The notes under the pieces are model-generated. The model was not told the origin of the DNA, did not search any database, and saw only the letters and a list, made by a program, of their open reading frames with translations. A stretch of 64,000 nt of DNA from Spartobacteria bacterium. GTDB lineage: Bacteria > Verrucomicrobiota > Verrucomicrobiia > Chthoniobacterales > UBA10450. The stretch spans positions 129,540 through 193,539 of the forward strand of contig PLCM01000031.1 of assembly GCA_003134765.1 (NCBI GenBank). Reading direction: 5' to 3'. Shown one piece after another: positions 18,719-27,129 of the stretch. The position numbers and the translations under genes were made by a program. How positions within the stretch are numbered: position 1 is the stretch's first letter; every line of letters starts with the position of its first letter.

Positions 18719-19756
18719 CTACCGCCAGTTTCGATCGCTCGAGGCCACCTGACGCAAAAATTTAAGTTCATTGAGGCATTTGCCGGTTCCTTCCGCGACG
18801 GCGCTCAGTGGATCTTCGGCAACATGGACAGGCAAACCGGTTTCTTCGCTCAAAAGTTTGTCGAAGCCGCGGAGAAGGGCGCCGCCACCGGCCAGAACGA
18901 GCCCGCGGTCGACCAGGTCGGCAGACAACTCGGGCGGACAGCGTTCGAGTGTAATCCGAACCGAATCGACGATCGTTGAGATCGGTTCGAGCAATGCCTC
19001 CCGCACTTCCTGCGACGTGATCATTAACGTCTTCGGCAACCCGGCCACGAGATCGCGACCCTTCACTTCCACGCTCGTTTCCTTTTCGCTCGGATAAGCG
19101 GAACCGATTTTGATTTTGATTTCTTCCGCGGTGCGCTCGCCGATCATCAGGTTGTAGGCCCGCTTCATGTATTGCACGATCGCTTCGTCGAGCTCGTCGC
19201 CCGCGACCCGGACGCTGCGGCTGAAGACGATCCCGGAAAGCGAAATCAATGCGACTTCGGTCGTGCCGCCGCCGATATCGATGATCATGTTGCCCGCCGG
19301 ATCCTGGACCGGCAGACCCACTCCGATCGCGGCCGCCATCGGTTCTTCGATCAAATAAACTTCTCGCGCCCCGGCGTGGGTGGCGGATTCGCGGACGGCG
19401 CGCTTCTCGACTTCCGTGATGCCGGATGGGACCGCGATCACTACCCGGGGTTTGGCGCGGACGCGGCGTCCATGCACTTTCGTGATGAAATGCCGGAGCA
19501 TCGCTTCCGTTACTTCGAAGTCTGCGATGACGCCGTCTTTCAACGGGCGGACCGCGACAATATTCGACGGGGTGCGGCCGAGCATGCGCTTCGCCTCATC
19601 GCCCACCGCGAGCACCTTGTTCGTGCCGGCCTGGACCGCGACCACCGATGGTTCACGCAGGACGATGCCCTGGTCTTTTACATAGACGAGCGTGTTGGCC
19701 GTCCCGAGATCGATGCCGATGTCGCTGGATAACCAGCCGAAGAGTCCATTAAACAT
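18719..19756 (-). CDS. mreB: Rod shape-determining actin homologue MreB
   Basis: [15 protein letters not shown]...[11 protein letters not shown]... are canonical MreB motifs. Confidence 0.97.
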   Translation of the reverse strand: MFNGLFGWLSSDIGIDLGTANTLVYVKDQGIVLREPSVVAVQAGTNKVLAVGDEAKRMLGRTPSNIVAVRPLKDGVIADFEVTEAMLRHFITKVHGRRVRAKPRVVIAVPSGITEVEKRAVRESATHAGAREVYLIEEPMAAAIGVGLPVQDPAGNMIIDIGGGTTEVALISLSGIVFSRSVRVAGDELDEAIVQYMKRAYNLMIGERTAEEIKIKIGSAYPSEKETSVEVKGRDLVAGLPKTLMITSQEVREALLEPISTIVDSVRITLERCPPELSADLVDRGLVLAGGGALLRGFDKLLSEETGLPVHVAEDPLSAVAEGTGKCLNELKFLRQVASSDRNWR

Positions 19757-19962
19757 GAAATTTTAGATTAGTCGTTCAACCACGTTCCAGTCGAGCGTGC
19801 TGGCCTGCGAGCGCGATAACGGCCGGCTGAAACGCCGTAACATGAAACGCGGCCCCATATCGTCAAGGGAGAATCACAGGGCGAGATGGAGTAATTGAGT
19901 CCTGGAGTAATGGAAAAACGGCGATTCGACATTCCCCCATTACTCCACTAATCCATTAATTC

Positions 19963-20622
19963 ATGCCGGCAGTCCTCGTCGCTCCATCCATTCTCGCGGC
20001 TGATTTCTCCCATCTCGAAACCGAAATCCATCGTGCGGAAGAAGCCGGAGCGGACTGGCTCCACCTCGATATTATGGATGGGCATTTCGTCGATAACATT
20101 TCGTTCGGGCCCGCGGTCGTCGCCACGGTGCGCAAACACACGCGGCTGCTGCTCGACGTTCATCTCATGATCGAGCACCCGGATCATTATCTGCCGCGTT
20201 TTCTCGAGGCCGGCGCGAATTCAATCACCGTCCATGTCGAAGCGGAAGCGAAACACGACGTGGCGCAAACGCTCGCGGCAATTCGCGCCGCGGGTTGCGG
20301 TGTCGGATTAACCCTGAATCCCGCGACGCCGTTCGAAGCCGTGGCACCCTATCTCGGCACGATCGATCTGCTCCTCATCATGACGGTGCATCCGGGTTTC
20401 GGCGGCCAGGTTTTCCGGCCCGAGATGATGGACAAGGTTCGGCGCGCCAGGCAATGGCGCGAGGCGAACGGCGGCAAACTGCATATCGAAGTCGACGGCG
20501 GCATCAAACCCGAGACCGCGGGCACCTCGATCGAGAACGGCGCGAACATTCTCGTCGCCGGCACCTCGATCTTCCGCGCGCCAGATTACGCCGCGGCGAT
20601 CCGTGAACTGCGCGGGGAATAG
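19963..20622 (+). CDS. rpe: Ribulose-phosphate 3-epimerase
   Basis: VAPSILAADFSHLETEI...LHLDIMDGHFV...MTVHPGFGGQ...VDGG. Confidence 0.95.
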   Translation: MPAVLVAPSILAADFSHLETEIHRAEEAGADWLHLDIMDGHFVDNISFGPAVVATVRKHTRLLLDVHLMIEHPDHYLPRFLEAGANSITVHVEAEAKHDVAQTLAAIRAAGCGVGLTLNPATPFEAVAPYLGTIDLLLIMTVHPGFGGQVFRPEMMDKVRRARQWREANGGKLHIEVDGGIKPETAGTSIENGANILVAGTSIFRAPDYAAAIRELRGE

Positions 20623-20641
20623 TTATCTCGCCACGAAAATT

Positions 20642-20808
20642 GCATGTCATCCCGAGGCTGGCGCAGCGCGCCGAGGGACCTCACAGTTGGAAATTGCGCG
20701 GTCGCGAGACACGACGCGTTATCTGACGTGAGGGCCTTTTGTCACGCGAAAGCGATTGACCGCTTGTGAGGTCCCTCGGCGCGCTGCGCCAGCCTCGGGA
20801 TGACATGC
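20642..20808. repeat. Perfect 44-bp inverted repeat pair (GTCATCCCGAGG termini) with 79-nt spacer
   Basis: The left arm gcatgtcatcccgaggctggcgcagcgcgccgagggacctcaca (20642-20685) is the exact reverse complement of 20765-20808. Confidence 0.9.
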
Positions 20809-20846
20809 GTCAGAAATTCAGACGCCGCGATCGAAGAGCTCTTGTC

Positions 20847-21116
20847 CTAAATCCTTCCACAATGGATTCTTCGTCCGAACCAAATCGTTCTTTTTTCCCG
20901 GCGCCAACCTTTGATTTCCTTCTCGCGTGAAATTGCGTCGCGGGCGGTGTTGAAGCACTCGTAGTAAACAAGCCGGTCACAACGATATCGTTTGACGAAG
21001 CTCCCGGGCTTTGCGTTCGCGTGAAACCAGAGGCGACGTTCAATGCTTTTCGTGACTCCGGTATACAAAACGGTTCGACTGCGGTTGGAGACCATGTAGA
21101 CGTAGAACGTTTTCAC
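20847..21116 (-). CDS. GIY-YIG nuclease superfamily protein (small UPF0213-like); C-terminus probably frameshifted
   Basis: KTFYVYMVSNRSRTVLYTGVTKSIERRLWFH...AISREKEIKGWRREK. A GTG start at 21114-21116 is preferred because the upstream 16 codons of the ORF-track call are encoded by repeat copy 21124-21163. Confidence 0.75.
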   Translation of the reverse strand: MKTFYVYMVSNRSRTVLYTGVTKSIERRLWFHANAKPGSFVKRYRCDRLVYYECFNTARDAISREKEIKGWRREKRTIWFGRRIHCGRI

Positions 21117-21123
21117 TGCGACT

Positions 21124-21163
21124 GGGAGGTCCCTCGGCGTGCTTCGCCAGCCTCGGGATGACA
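21124..21163. repeat. Third copy of the 44-nt GTCATCCCGAGG arm
   Basis: gggaggtccctcggcgtgcttcgccagcctcgggatgaca. It has the same orientation as arm 20765-20808, with a few mismatches. Confidence 0.8.
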
Positions 21164-21355
21164 ACGCTTTTTCTTATCTCATCCTCAAAGGCCAAAACAC
21201 ATAAAGCAACCACTCCAAATCATACTCTTCCACCACGGCCGGCCCTTGTGCCGTCGTTCACGCCGCGCACCGCGCAGGGCAGGCGCCCAGCGGAACGCTG
21301 CGAACGATCAATGGTAAAAGGATTACCTGACACTCTTCACGTCCTTCCTGGCTCC

Positions 21356-21397
21356 AAAAAAATCGGGCCCAGCAGCGCGTAACGCGGCTGGGCCCGA
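21356..21397 (-). terminator. Rho-independent terminator after the 87-aa secreted protein gene
   Basis: An 11-bp stem tcgggcccagc/gctgggcccga is followed on the minus strand by T7. Confidence 0.75.
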
Positions 21398-21419
21398 ATC
21401 AGTTTCTCGTTGTCGTTAA

Positions 21420-21683
21420 TTAATGACGATCGTCAGACCGAACATCCACGTGCCGGCGATGCTCGCCCTTGCGATAATGGCCATGGATCCAATGATGACC
21501 GTGTTCCGACCAATGGCCGGGCACCCAAATCATCTCGTAATCGCCTTCCCAATAGCGAGGGCCATGGTTGTAGAATGGCCGGTCGCCGATTTCGATACGG
21601 AGTTCCTCCGCCTGAACGGCGGTCCCTAAAGTAAGGCTCGCAGCGGCAATCGCTGCGAACAGCATTGTTCTTGTTATACTCAT
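21420..21683 (-). CDS. Small secreted His/Trp-rich protein (YXWGXW-like repeats)
   Basis: Signal peptide MSITRTMLFAAIAAASLTLGTAVQA, then ...WVPGHWSEHGHHWIHGHYRKGEHRRH... It has its own terminator. Confidence 0.6.
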   Translation of the reverse strand: MSITRTMLFAAIAAASLTLGTAVQAEELRIEIGDRPFYNHGPRYWEGDYEMIWVPGHWSEHGHHWIHGHYRKGEHRRHVDVRSDDRH

Positions 21684-21780
21684 TTCTTCTGATTCGGATG
21701 CGGAAGGTAAAAAGTCGGGTCGAAGGAAAAATTAGAGACCGAGTGCCGGATCTCGAAAACCGAAGAAAGACCGTAAATTT

Positions 21781-23544
21781 CTACGGGAGCCGGTAGGCTT
21801 CGACGAGGGCGACGCCGGTAGTGTCGGCCTTGCCGCGGACAACGGCGGTATAATTCCCGGGCGGAGTAAAGGCGACGATGACCGCTTCCCGGTCGTCCCC
21901 GGGCGCGAGCTGCGTGGCGATGACTGATTGCGACTGGCCGTCTTTCCAGTTGTCGTTAAAGGCTATGACGGCGCCATTTTGGTCGTGCAGCTCGATGGTG
22001 GGATCGAGCAGCGGATTGGCAACGCCGGCGGCGCTAAGAGTAGGCCCCAGCGCCCGCAGGACGACGATGGGGTTATCTCCGCTGCCAATGATAAAGCCGC
22101 CGATCATGGCGTTGTCGCCGGCGCCGACGAAGCCGCGTGTGCTGACGTTCCCCAGCGTGGAACTGCTGCCCGACGCGAGATCGTAAACTTCAACGAGCCC
22201 GTTGCCAATGCCCGCATTCTTCCCAGCGAGCGAAGCGGAATAATTTCCCGGCGCAAGGCTGGCGATGATCGCCGATTCAAAGTCGTTCTTCGGCGCGATG
22301 CCCGTGCTCATGATTTCAGCGGCATCGGGGGAATTTTTCCAATCGTCGTTTGTCATCACGACGTTCCCGGCGCCGTCGAACAACGTCAGCGTGGGGTTGG
22401 CGAGTGGGGTCGGGACGCCGTTTGCGGCAAGCGATGGTCCGATGCCACGAATCAGGACCTTCTTCGAGACAGTGCCAGTAACGATGAAGCCCGCGATAGC
22501 GACGCGCTCACCGGTATCAACAAAGACGCGGGTGGCGAGATTGACCGCTTTGCCAGGCGGAGTGAAAGGCAGCGTCACCGCATTATTGGCACCCTTGGCT
22601 GTCTGGTAATGTCCCGCGGTGGTCGGATGTTTATTGTCCCAGAACAGATACTGGTCTGGATTCACGCTCGAATTGCCCTGGGATGAGCGACTGATATCAA
22701 CGAAGCCATACTTAGAGGGATACGTCATGACGCGAATTGTGTTCGTCCAGACATCCACGGGGTACAGCGTCGGAGTAATCCCCTGCGAGGCGAGGTCGCT
22801 CAGGCTCGCCGTGAGGTCGGCGCTCAGCTCGTCGCGATATTGCGCGGCGGCGGCGCTGAGCGATTTCTGTTTCGCCGAATCGCCCGCGTATTCCGGAATG
22901 AGGCCAAGCGGCGGGACGTTCGGCACCATGATGTATTTCGCGCCGATCTCGGCGAGCCGGCTCATCAACGCCGTCGCGCGTTTGGCGGTCGCGGTAACGT
23001 TCGCCGAGCTGTCGTCATTGAAAAGATCGTTGCCACCGCCCCACACTATATAGAGCGCGTTAGGGTCAACCAGGTGGGAAGCGAGGTAATCGTCCATCTG
23101 CTTGCCCATGTCGTCGATGGTAACAGTGACGTCGCCGAAGGGAGTTGAGACGACGGTCTCATCGTGGGTCCCGTTGTTTGTCGTCGCACCACCAAAGGCG
23201 TAATCCATCCCGCCCCCAAGGCTGTAAGTTGCTGGTGGAATTTTCAAAAACAGGTTGGCCAGCTGTTCATGCCAGACCCCCACATACGTGCTCGACGCCG
23301 GATCGGTGACGTTGCTATTGGTCCAGCGGCCATTGCTGTAGTTAAAAGTGCGGCTCGGGTAATCGACGGTTCCTCCGCTCTTGGAATGAGTCCGGTCCCG
23401 AACGTTACCGGTATCGGAGAGGCTATCGCCGAAGACGACGATTTGGCTAAAGGCTGGCGCAATTTGGGCGCAGGCGGAGGCGCTGGCGAACGAGACGCAG
23501 ATGAACGACAAAAGCAAATTGGCAAGGCGGCGTGTTGTAATCAT
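21781..23544 (-). CDS. Secreted SGNH/GDSL hydrolase with two C-terminal ~120-aa modules
   Basis: Signal peptide, GDSL block IVVFGDSLSDTGN, GGND block, and DxxH-like FWDNKHPT. Residues about 333-456 and 465-587 are tandem copies of the NxSTR...LVEAY module. Confidence 0.85.
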   Translation of the reverse strand: MITTRRLANLLLSFICVSFASASACAQIAPAFSQIVVFGDSLSDTGNVRDRTHSKSGGTVDYPSRTFNYSNGRWTNSNVTDPASSTYVGVWHEQLANLFLKIPPATYSLGGGMDYAFGGATTNNGTHDETVVSTPFGDVTVTIDDMGKQMDDYLASHLVDPNALYIVWGGGNDLFNDDSSANVTATAKRATALMSRLAEIGAKYIMVPNVPPLGLIPEYAGDSAKQKSLSAAAAQYRDELSADLTASLSDLASQGITPTLYPVDVWTNTIRVMTYPSKYGFVDISRSSQGNSSVNPDQYLFWDNKHPTTAGHYQTAKGANNAVTLPFTPPGKAVNLATRVFVDTGERVAIAGFIVTGTVSKKVLIRGIGPSLAANGVPTPLANPTLTLFDGAGNVVMTNDDWKNSPDAAEIMSTGIAPKNDFESAIIASLAPGNYSASLAGKNAGIGNGLVEVYDLASGSSSTLGNVSTRGFVGAGDNAMIGGFIIGSGDNPIVVLRALGPTLSAAGVANPLLDPTIELHDQNGAVIAFNDNWKDGQSQSVIATQLAPGDDREAVIVAFTPPGNYTAVVRGKADTTGVALVEAYRLP

Positions 23545-23689
23545 TTTCCTTCATTTGAATCGATAGGGGCGCCGTTGATTCGAAGCTCACACGCTCCTTG
23601 CGTGGAAATTATTTGGCATTCCTTGCTGAAATTCCTTCTCCGGGCGTGACAAAGGCGGGCCCCGGCCGCTAGAATCGCGGCTCAACGCC

Positions 23690-24106
23690 ATGAAAACGTT
23701 GCAACTGGCTCTGGCGCCTGGCGCTGTTGCGGGGATCATTTCGATCTTCACCAGCTGGCTTTGGATGGGCGTGGTGTTTCATCGCTTTCAAATGCGAACG
23801 CCGAATACCTGGAGGCCGGAAAATAACCGCAGCTATGCGCTGTCGTCGGCGATCCATTTTCTGACCTGCATTGGGATCGCGACGGTGTTCCTCCTCGTTG
23901 CGCGCATGGGCGGCGTGTTTGCCGGCGGGCTACCGGGGGCGTTGCGATTCGCCGCCGTAGCCTGGATGGCACTCGCGGCGCCGGTCCTGATTGATGCGGC
24001 CGTTTTTATCAACCTGAATCCATGGGTGGTGATGGGACAGGTGGTGGATTCGTTGACGACATCGATCCTCGCCTGCGGAATCGCAGCGTGGTGGCGAGGG
24101 ACATGA
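23690..24106 (+). CDS. Hypothetical membrane protein (about 4 TM)
   Basis: 138 aa and hydrophobic throughout. I cannot confidently recognise a family. Confidence 0.5.
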   Translation: MKTLQLALAPGAVAGIISIFTSWLWMGVVFHRFQMRTPNTWRPENNRSYALSSAIHFLTCIGIATVFLLVARMGGVFAGGLPGALRFAAVAWMALAAPVLIDAAVFINLNPWVVMGQVVDSLTTSILACGIAAWWRGT

Positions 24107-24118
24107 AGAAAAGGACAA

Positions 24119-24896
24119 ATGAGAAACCGAAACATTCGTGCGGTGCGCGGTCTTCTCGGCGCGGTACTGTGGGCATGAAGTAAGAGCGCCATCGATGCGG
24201 CCGAGCCGGCGCTGACGGCCGGCAACCCGGTAAGCATCGGAACGCCGACGCTATTCGGCGGCACGGGCGGAACGAATACCAGCGTGACATCCGGCACAGC
24301 CAATTTCGCTTTGACTGCATTCGAGGCTGCCATCGTCGGCGCCAATAACGGAGCGAATCCGCCGCCAAAGACAAACGGGTTCCGTGTGATCAACTGGGAT
24401 GGCGTCGCCCTCGATGGGACTGATTTCGGCGGAGTCGCGACCGTGATCAACAACGGCAAGGTGGTGGGAATTTCACTCAATCGCTTCCAGGAACGCGGCG
24501 TGTTTTTCGAAGAGATCTATGCCGTCAGCGGCGCCGCAAGCCCGACCGACCAATCCACCTTCTCGACGGTTAATCCCAATGTCGCGAACCTGTTTCCGGC
24601 CTTCAGCCCGGTCGAGACTTTCGCGATGTTCAACGATAACACCATTGGACTTAGCTTCGTGCTCGCGGCCGCGCACACCACCACGCCGGCGCCCGCGGCG
24701 ACGCGGGGATTCGGTGCGATCTTTCGCAACGTCCGGCTGGCCAACATGACGAGCATTGAATATTTCAATGGCGTCCGCAGTCTCGGAAAATTTTTTGTGG
24801 CAAATGGAACGCAAGGGCAACTACACCGCCATTGTTCGGGGAAAAAATGACGGTGCCGGGGTCGCTCTCGTCGAAGTCTATAATCTCCTTCAGTGA
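24119..24896 (+). pseudogene. Decayed secreted-protein gene: in-frame TGA after the signal peptide and a frame-shifted stub of the NxSTR...LVEAY module
   Basis: ATG 24119 gives MRNRNIRAVRGLLGAVLWA, then TGA (24176-24178), then the same frame continues SKSAIDAAEPALTAGN... into ORF 24284-24850. A different frame from 24804 reads ERKGNYTAIVRGKNDGAGVALVEVYNLLQ-stop (24894-24896). Confidence 0.55.
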
Positions 24897-25021
24897 TGGA
24901 GCCGGCGCGCCCTCGCGCCGGTTGATCGACGCTCGTAAACGGCTCGGGGGCAAGCCGTCTCCAAAGCTCGCAAGGCAAACTGTGGATTGCTATACGACCG
25001 CGCCACGTGATTGGATACAGC

Positions 25022-26137
25022 ATGAATAGACGCCGTTTTGTGCAGTCGACTGTGGCGGGTGGATTAACCCTCGCCGTCGCGCCTCGCGCGCTTTTGGGAC
25101 AGGCTCCTACCGTTATGAATTCGAAATCAGTCAAGCCGGCCGTGATCGCTTCGGCGAACGGGAACAAATTCAAAAATGGCGGGGAGATGACCTGCGTTCA
25201 GAAGGCGTTCACGATGATGACCCAGGGCGGCGCGGACGTGCTCGACGCGTTGATTGCGGGCGTCAACATCGTCGAGCTGGATCCGCTCGACGACAGCGTC
25301 GGCTACGGCGGATTGCCGAACGCGGACGGTGTGGTCCAACTCGATTCCTGTTGCATGCACGGCCCGAAACGACGGGCAGGCGGGGTGGCGTGTATCGAGG
25401 GGGTGCGGACGCCGTCGCTCGTGGCGAAGGCTGTGATGGAACAGACGGACCATCATTTGATCGTCGGCAAAGGCGCGCAGGAATTTGCGCGCGGGCTTGG
25501 TTTCAAGATCGAGGACGATCTGAATACGGAGCACTCACGGAAGGTCTGGCTCGAATGGAAACGGCGGATGGATCCATCCCATTACCTCGATCCCGAGAAG
25601 CGCGCCGAAGCCCGCCGGAAAGTGATGCGCGAGATGGTCGCGGAAGGGATGCTCGATCCGCGGCACATCTACGGGACGATCAATTGCGATGGGATCAATG
25701 CGAAGGGCGAGATCTGCGGCGTGACCACGACCAGCGGGCTGGCGTGGAAGATTCCGGGACGGGTCGGTGATTCACCAATCCTCGGCGCGGGACTCTATGT
25801 GGATGGGGAAATTGGCGCGGCCGGTTCCACGGGACGGGGTGAGGCGAATCTCTACAACCTTTGTTCGTTCCTGATCGTGGAGAACATGCGACGTGGAATG
25901 CACCCGAAGGACGCGGGGCTCGATGCGTGCAAGCGAATCAAGGCAAACACCGTCGAGAAGCGGCTGCTCAACAGCAAAGGCAAACCGAATTTCGGAATCA
26001 ATTTCTACGCATTGAACGCGAAGGGCGAATACGCGGGAGTGTCGATGTATCCCGGCGCGAGTTACGCCGTCTGCACGGAGAAAGGGCCGGAGACTTTGCC
26101 GTGCGAGCCGTTGCTTGAGGGTAAGGCAGACGAATAG
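25022..26137 (+). CDS. Ntn-hydrolase of the asparaginase-2 / glycosylasparaginase family, Tat signal
   Basis: MNRRRFVQSTVAGGLTLAVAP twin-arginine signal. It also has GTINCDG (putative Thr nucleophile) and TTTSGLAWKIPGRVGDSPILGAGLYVD. Confidence 0.85.
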   Translation: MNRRRFVQSTVAGGLTLAVAPRALLGQAPTVMNSKSVKPAVIASANGNKFKNGGEMTCVQKAFTMMTQGGADVLDALIAGVNIVELDPLDDSVGYGGLPNADGVVQLDSCCMHGPKRRAGGVACIEGVRTPSLVAKAVMEQTDHHLIVGKGAQEFARGLGFKIEDDLNTEHSRKVWLEWKRRMDPSHYLDPEKRAEARRKVMREMVAEGMLDPRHIYGTINCDGINAKGEICGVTTTSGLAWKIPGRVGDSPILGAGLYVDGEIGAAGSTGRGEANLYNLCSFLIVENMRRGMHPKDAGLDACKRIKANTVEKRLLNSKGKPNFGINFYALNAKGEYAGVSMYPGASYAVCTEKGPETLPCEPLLEGKADE

Positions 26138-26330
26138 CGCTGGAGCCGCCCCGTCCGCCGATGGACGGACTGGCCGTGGCGAGCTCTGTCGGGGCGTGGC
26201 GGGAGTCGAATGGCACGGCGACGGAGCGCCGTGACTACGGCGGATTCACCCGCTTGCAGCCGGCTCCGTTCATCAACATTGCTCTCAGTCCCTGGGCCAG
26301 ATAGAACCATTTCCCACAACAACCCTACGT

Positions 26331-26873
26331 ATGAAAAACAAATCCCACCTCCTCACGGCCTGCATCGCGGCCCTCGCCTGCTGTGCGCCTTTGGCAGCAA
26401 GTGCCGCGAAAAAAGCTCCATCGCCTTCACCCAGCCCGACCGCATCGGCGACGCCCAAGACCACGGCCACTCCAAAAGCCAAACCAACGAGCTCGCCGGC
26501 GGCCAACAGCACGACGGACGTCACGAAGGCCCGCGCCATTCCCTTCCACGGAATGATTTCCGCGGTCGACCAGAAGGCGAAGACTTTCACCATCGCGGGG
26601 AAAGAGAAATCGCGCGTGTTCAAGATCACGGACAAGAGTGTGATCACCAAAGCCGGCGCCGCCGCGACGATGAAAGATGCGGTGGTGAACGAGGAAGTTC
26701 GAGGATCTTACTGGAAGGTGACGGACGGAACATTGGAAGCAAAGAGCGTGAAGCTCGGACCGAAAACGGATGCCGAAAAGGCAGCCGACGAGAAGCGCAA
26801 GATGAAGAAGGCGGCCAAGACCGAGCCTTCATCGGCACCCAGCGCTTCGCCTTCGGCATCACCGAAGCCGTAG
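26331..26873 (+). CDS. Secreted hypothetical protein with Pro/Ser/Thr-rich linkers
   Basis: Signal peptide MKNKSHLLTACIAALACCAPLAASA with low-complexity flanks around a core of about 80 aa. Confidence 0.55.
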   Translation: MKNKSHLLTACIAALACCAPLAASAAKKAPSPSPSPTASATPKTTATPKAKPTSSPAANSTTDVTKARAIPFHGMISAVDQKAKTFTIAGKEKSRVFKITDKSVITKAGAAATMKDAVVNEEVRGSYWKVTDGTLEAKSVKLGPKTDAEKAADEKRKMKKAAKTEPSSAPSASPSASPKP

Positions 26874-26909
26874 AGAAGTAGGACGAGCGAAAGTTGGTCT
26901 TCGAGGTGG

Positions 26910-26940
26910 ATCGAGCCGCTCCGTCGCTCGATGCTTTTTT
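26910..26940 (+). terminator. Possible rho-independent terminator
   Basis: The stem atcgagc/gctcgat is followed by gctttttt, 37 nt after the stop at 26873. Confidence 0.45.
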
Positions 26941-27024
26941 GCGCAGCGGAGCCGCGACTATTTTGGCATCGCGCGCGGAGCGCCCGATCCACCCCGTAGT
27001 GACTGCGCCATTCAAACGAACGAC

Positions 27025-27129
27025 CTGTAGCCGCTTCGCTGTGCGCAGCGAAAACAGGGCGTGATTATCCGGCCGTCGCCCACCCGCCTTCGCGTAGCTT
27101 CGGCGTGGCAGGCAGGGCGACGGCTACAG
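27025..27129. repeat. Palindromic element CTGTAGCC...GGCTACAG (copy C2)
   Basis: ctgtagccgcttcgctgtgcgcagcg ... gcagggcgacggctacag. It overlaps the UDG stop codon. Confidence 0.7.

Noticed and set aside
24176-24178. In-frame TGA as selenocysteine or programmed read-through
   Set aside because: There is no SECIS-like hairpin immediately downstream. The same gene also has a 3' frameshift or deletion, so decay is the simpler explanation.
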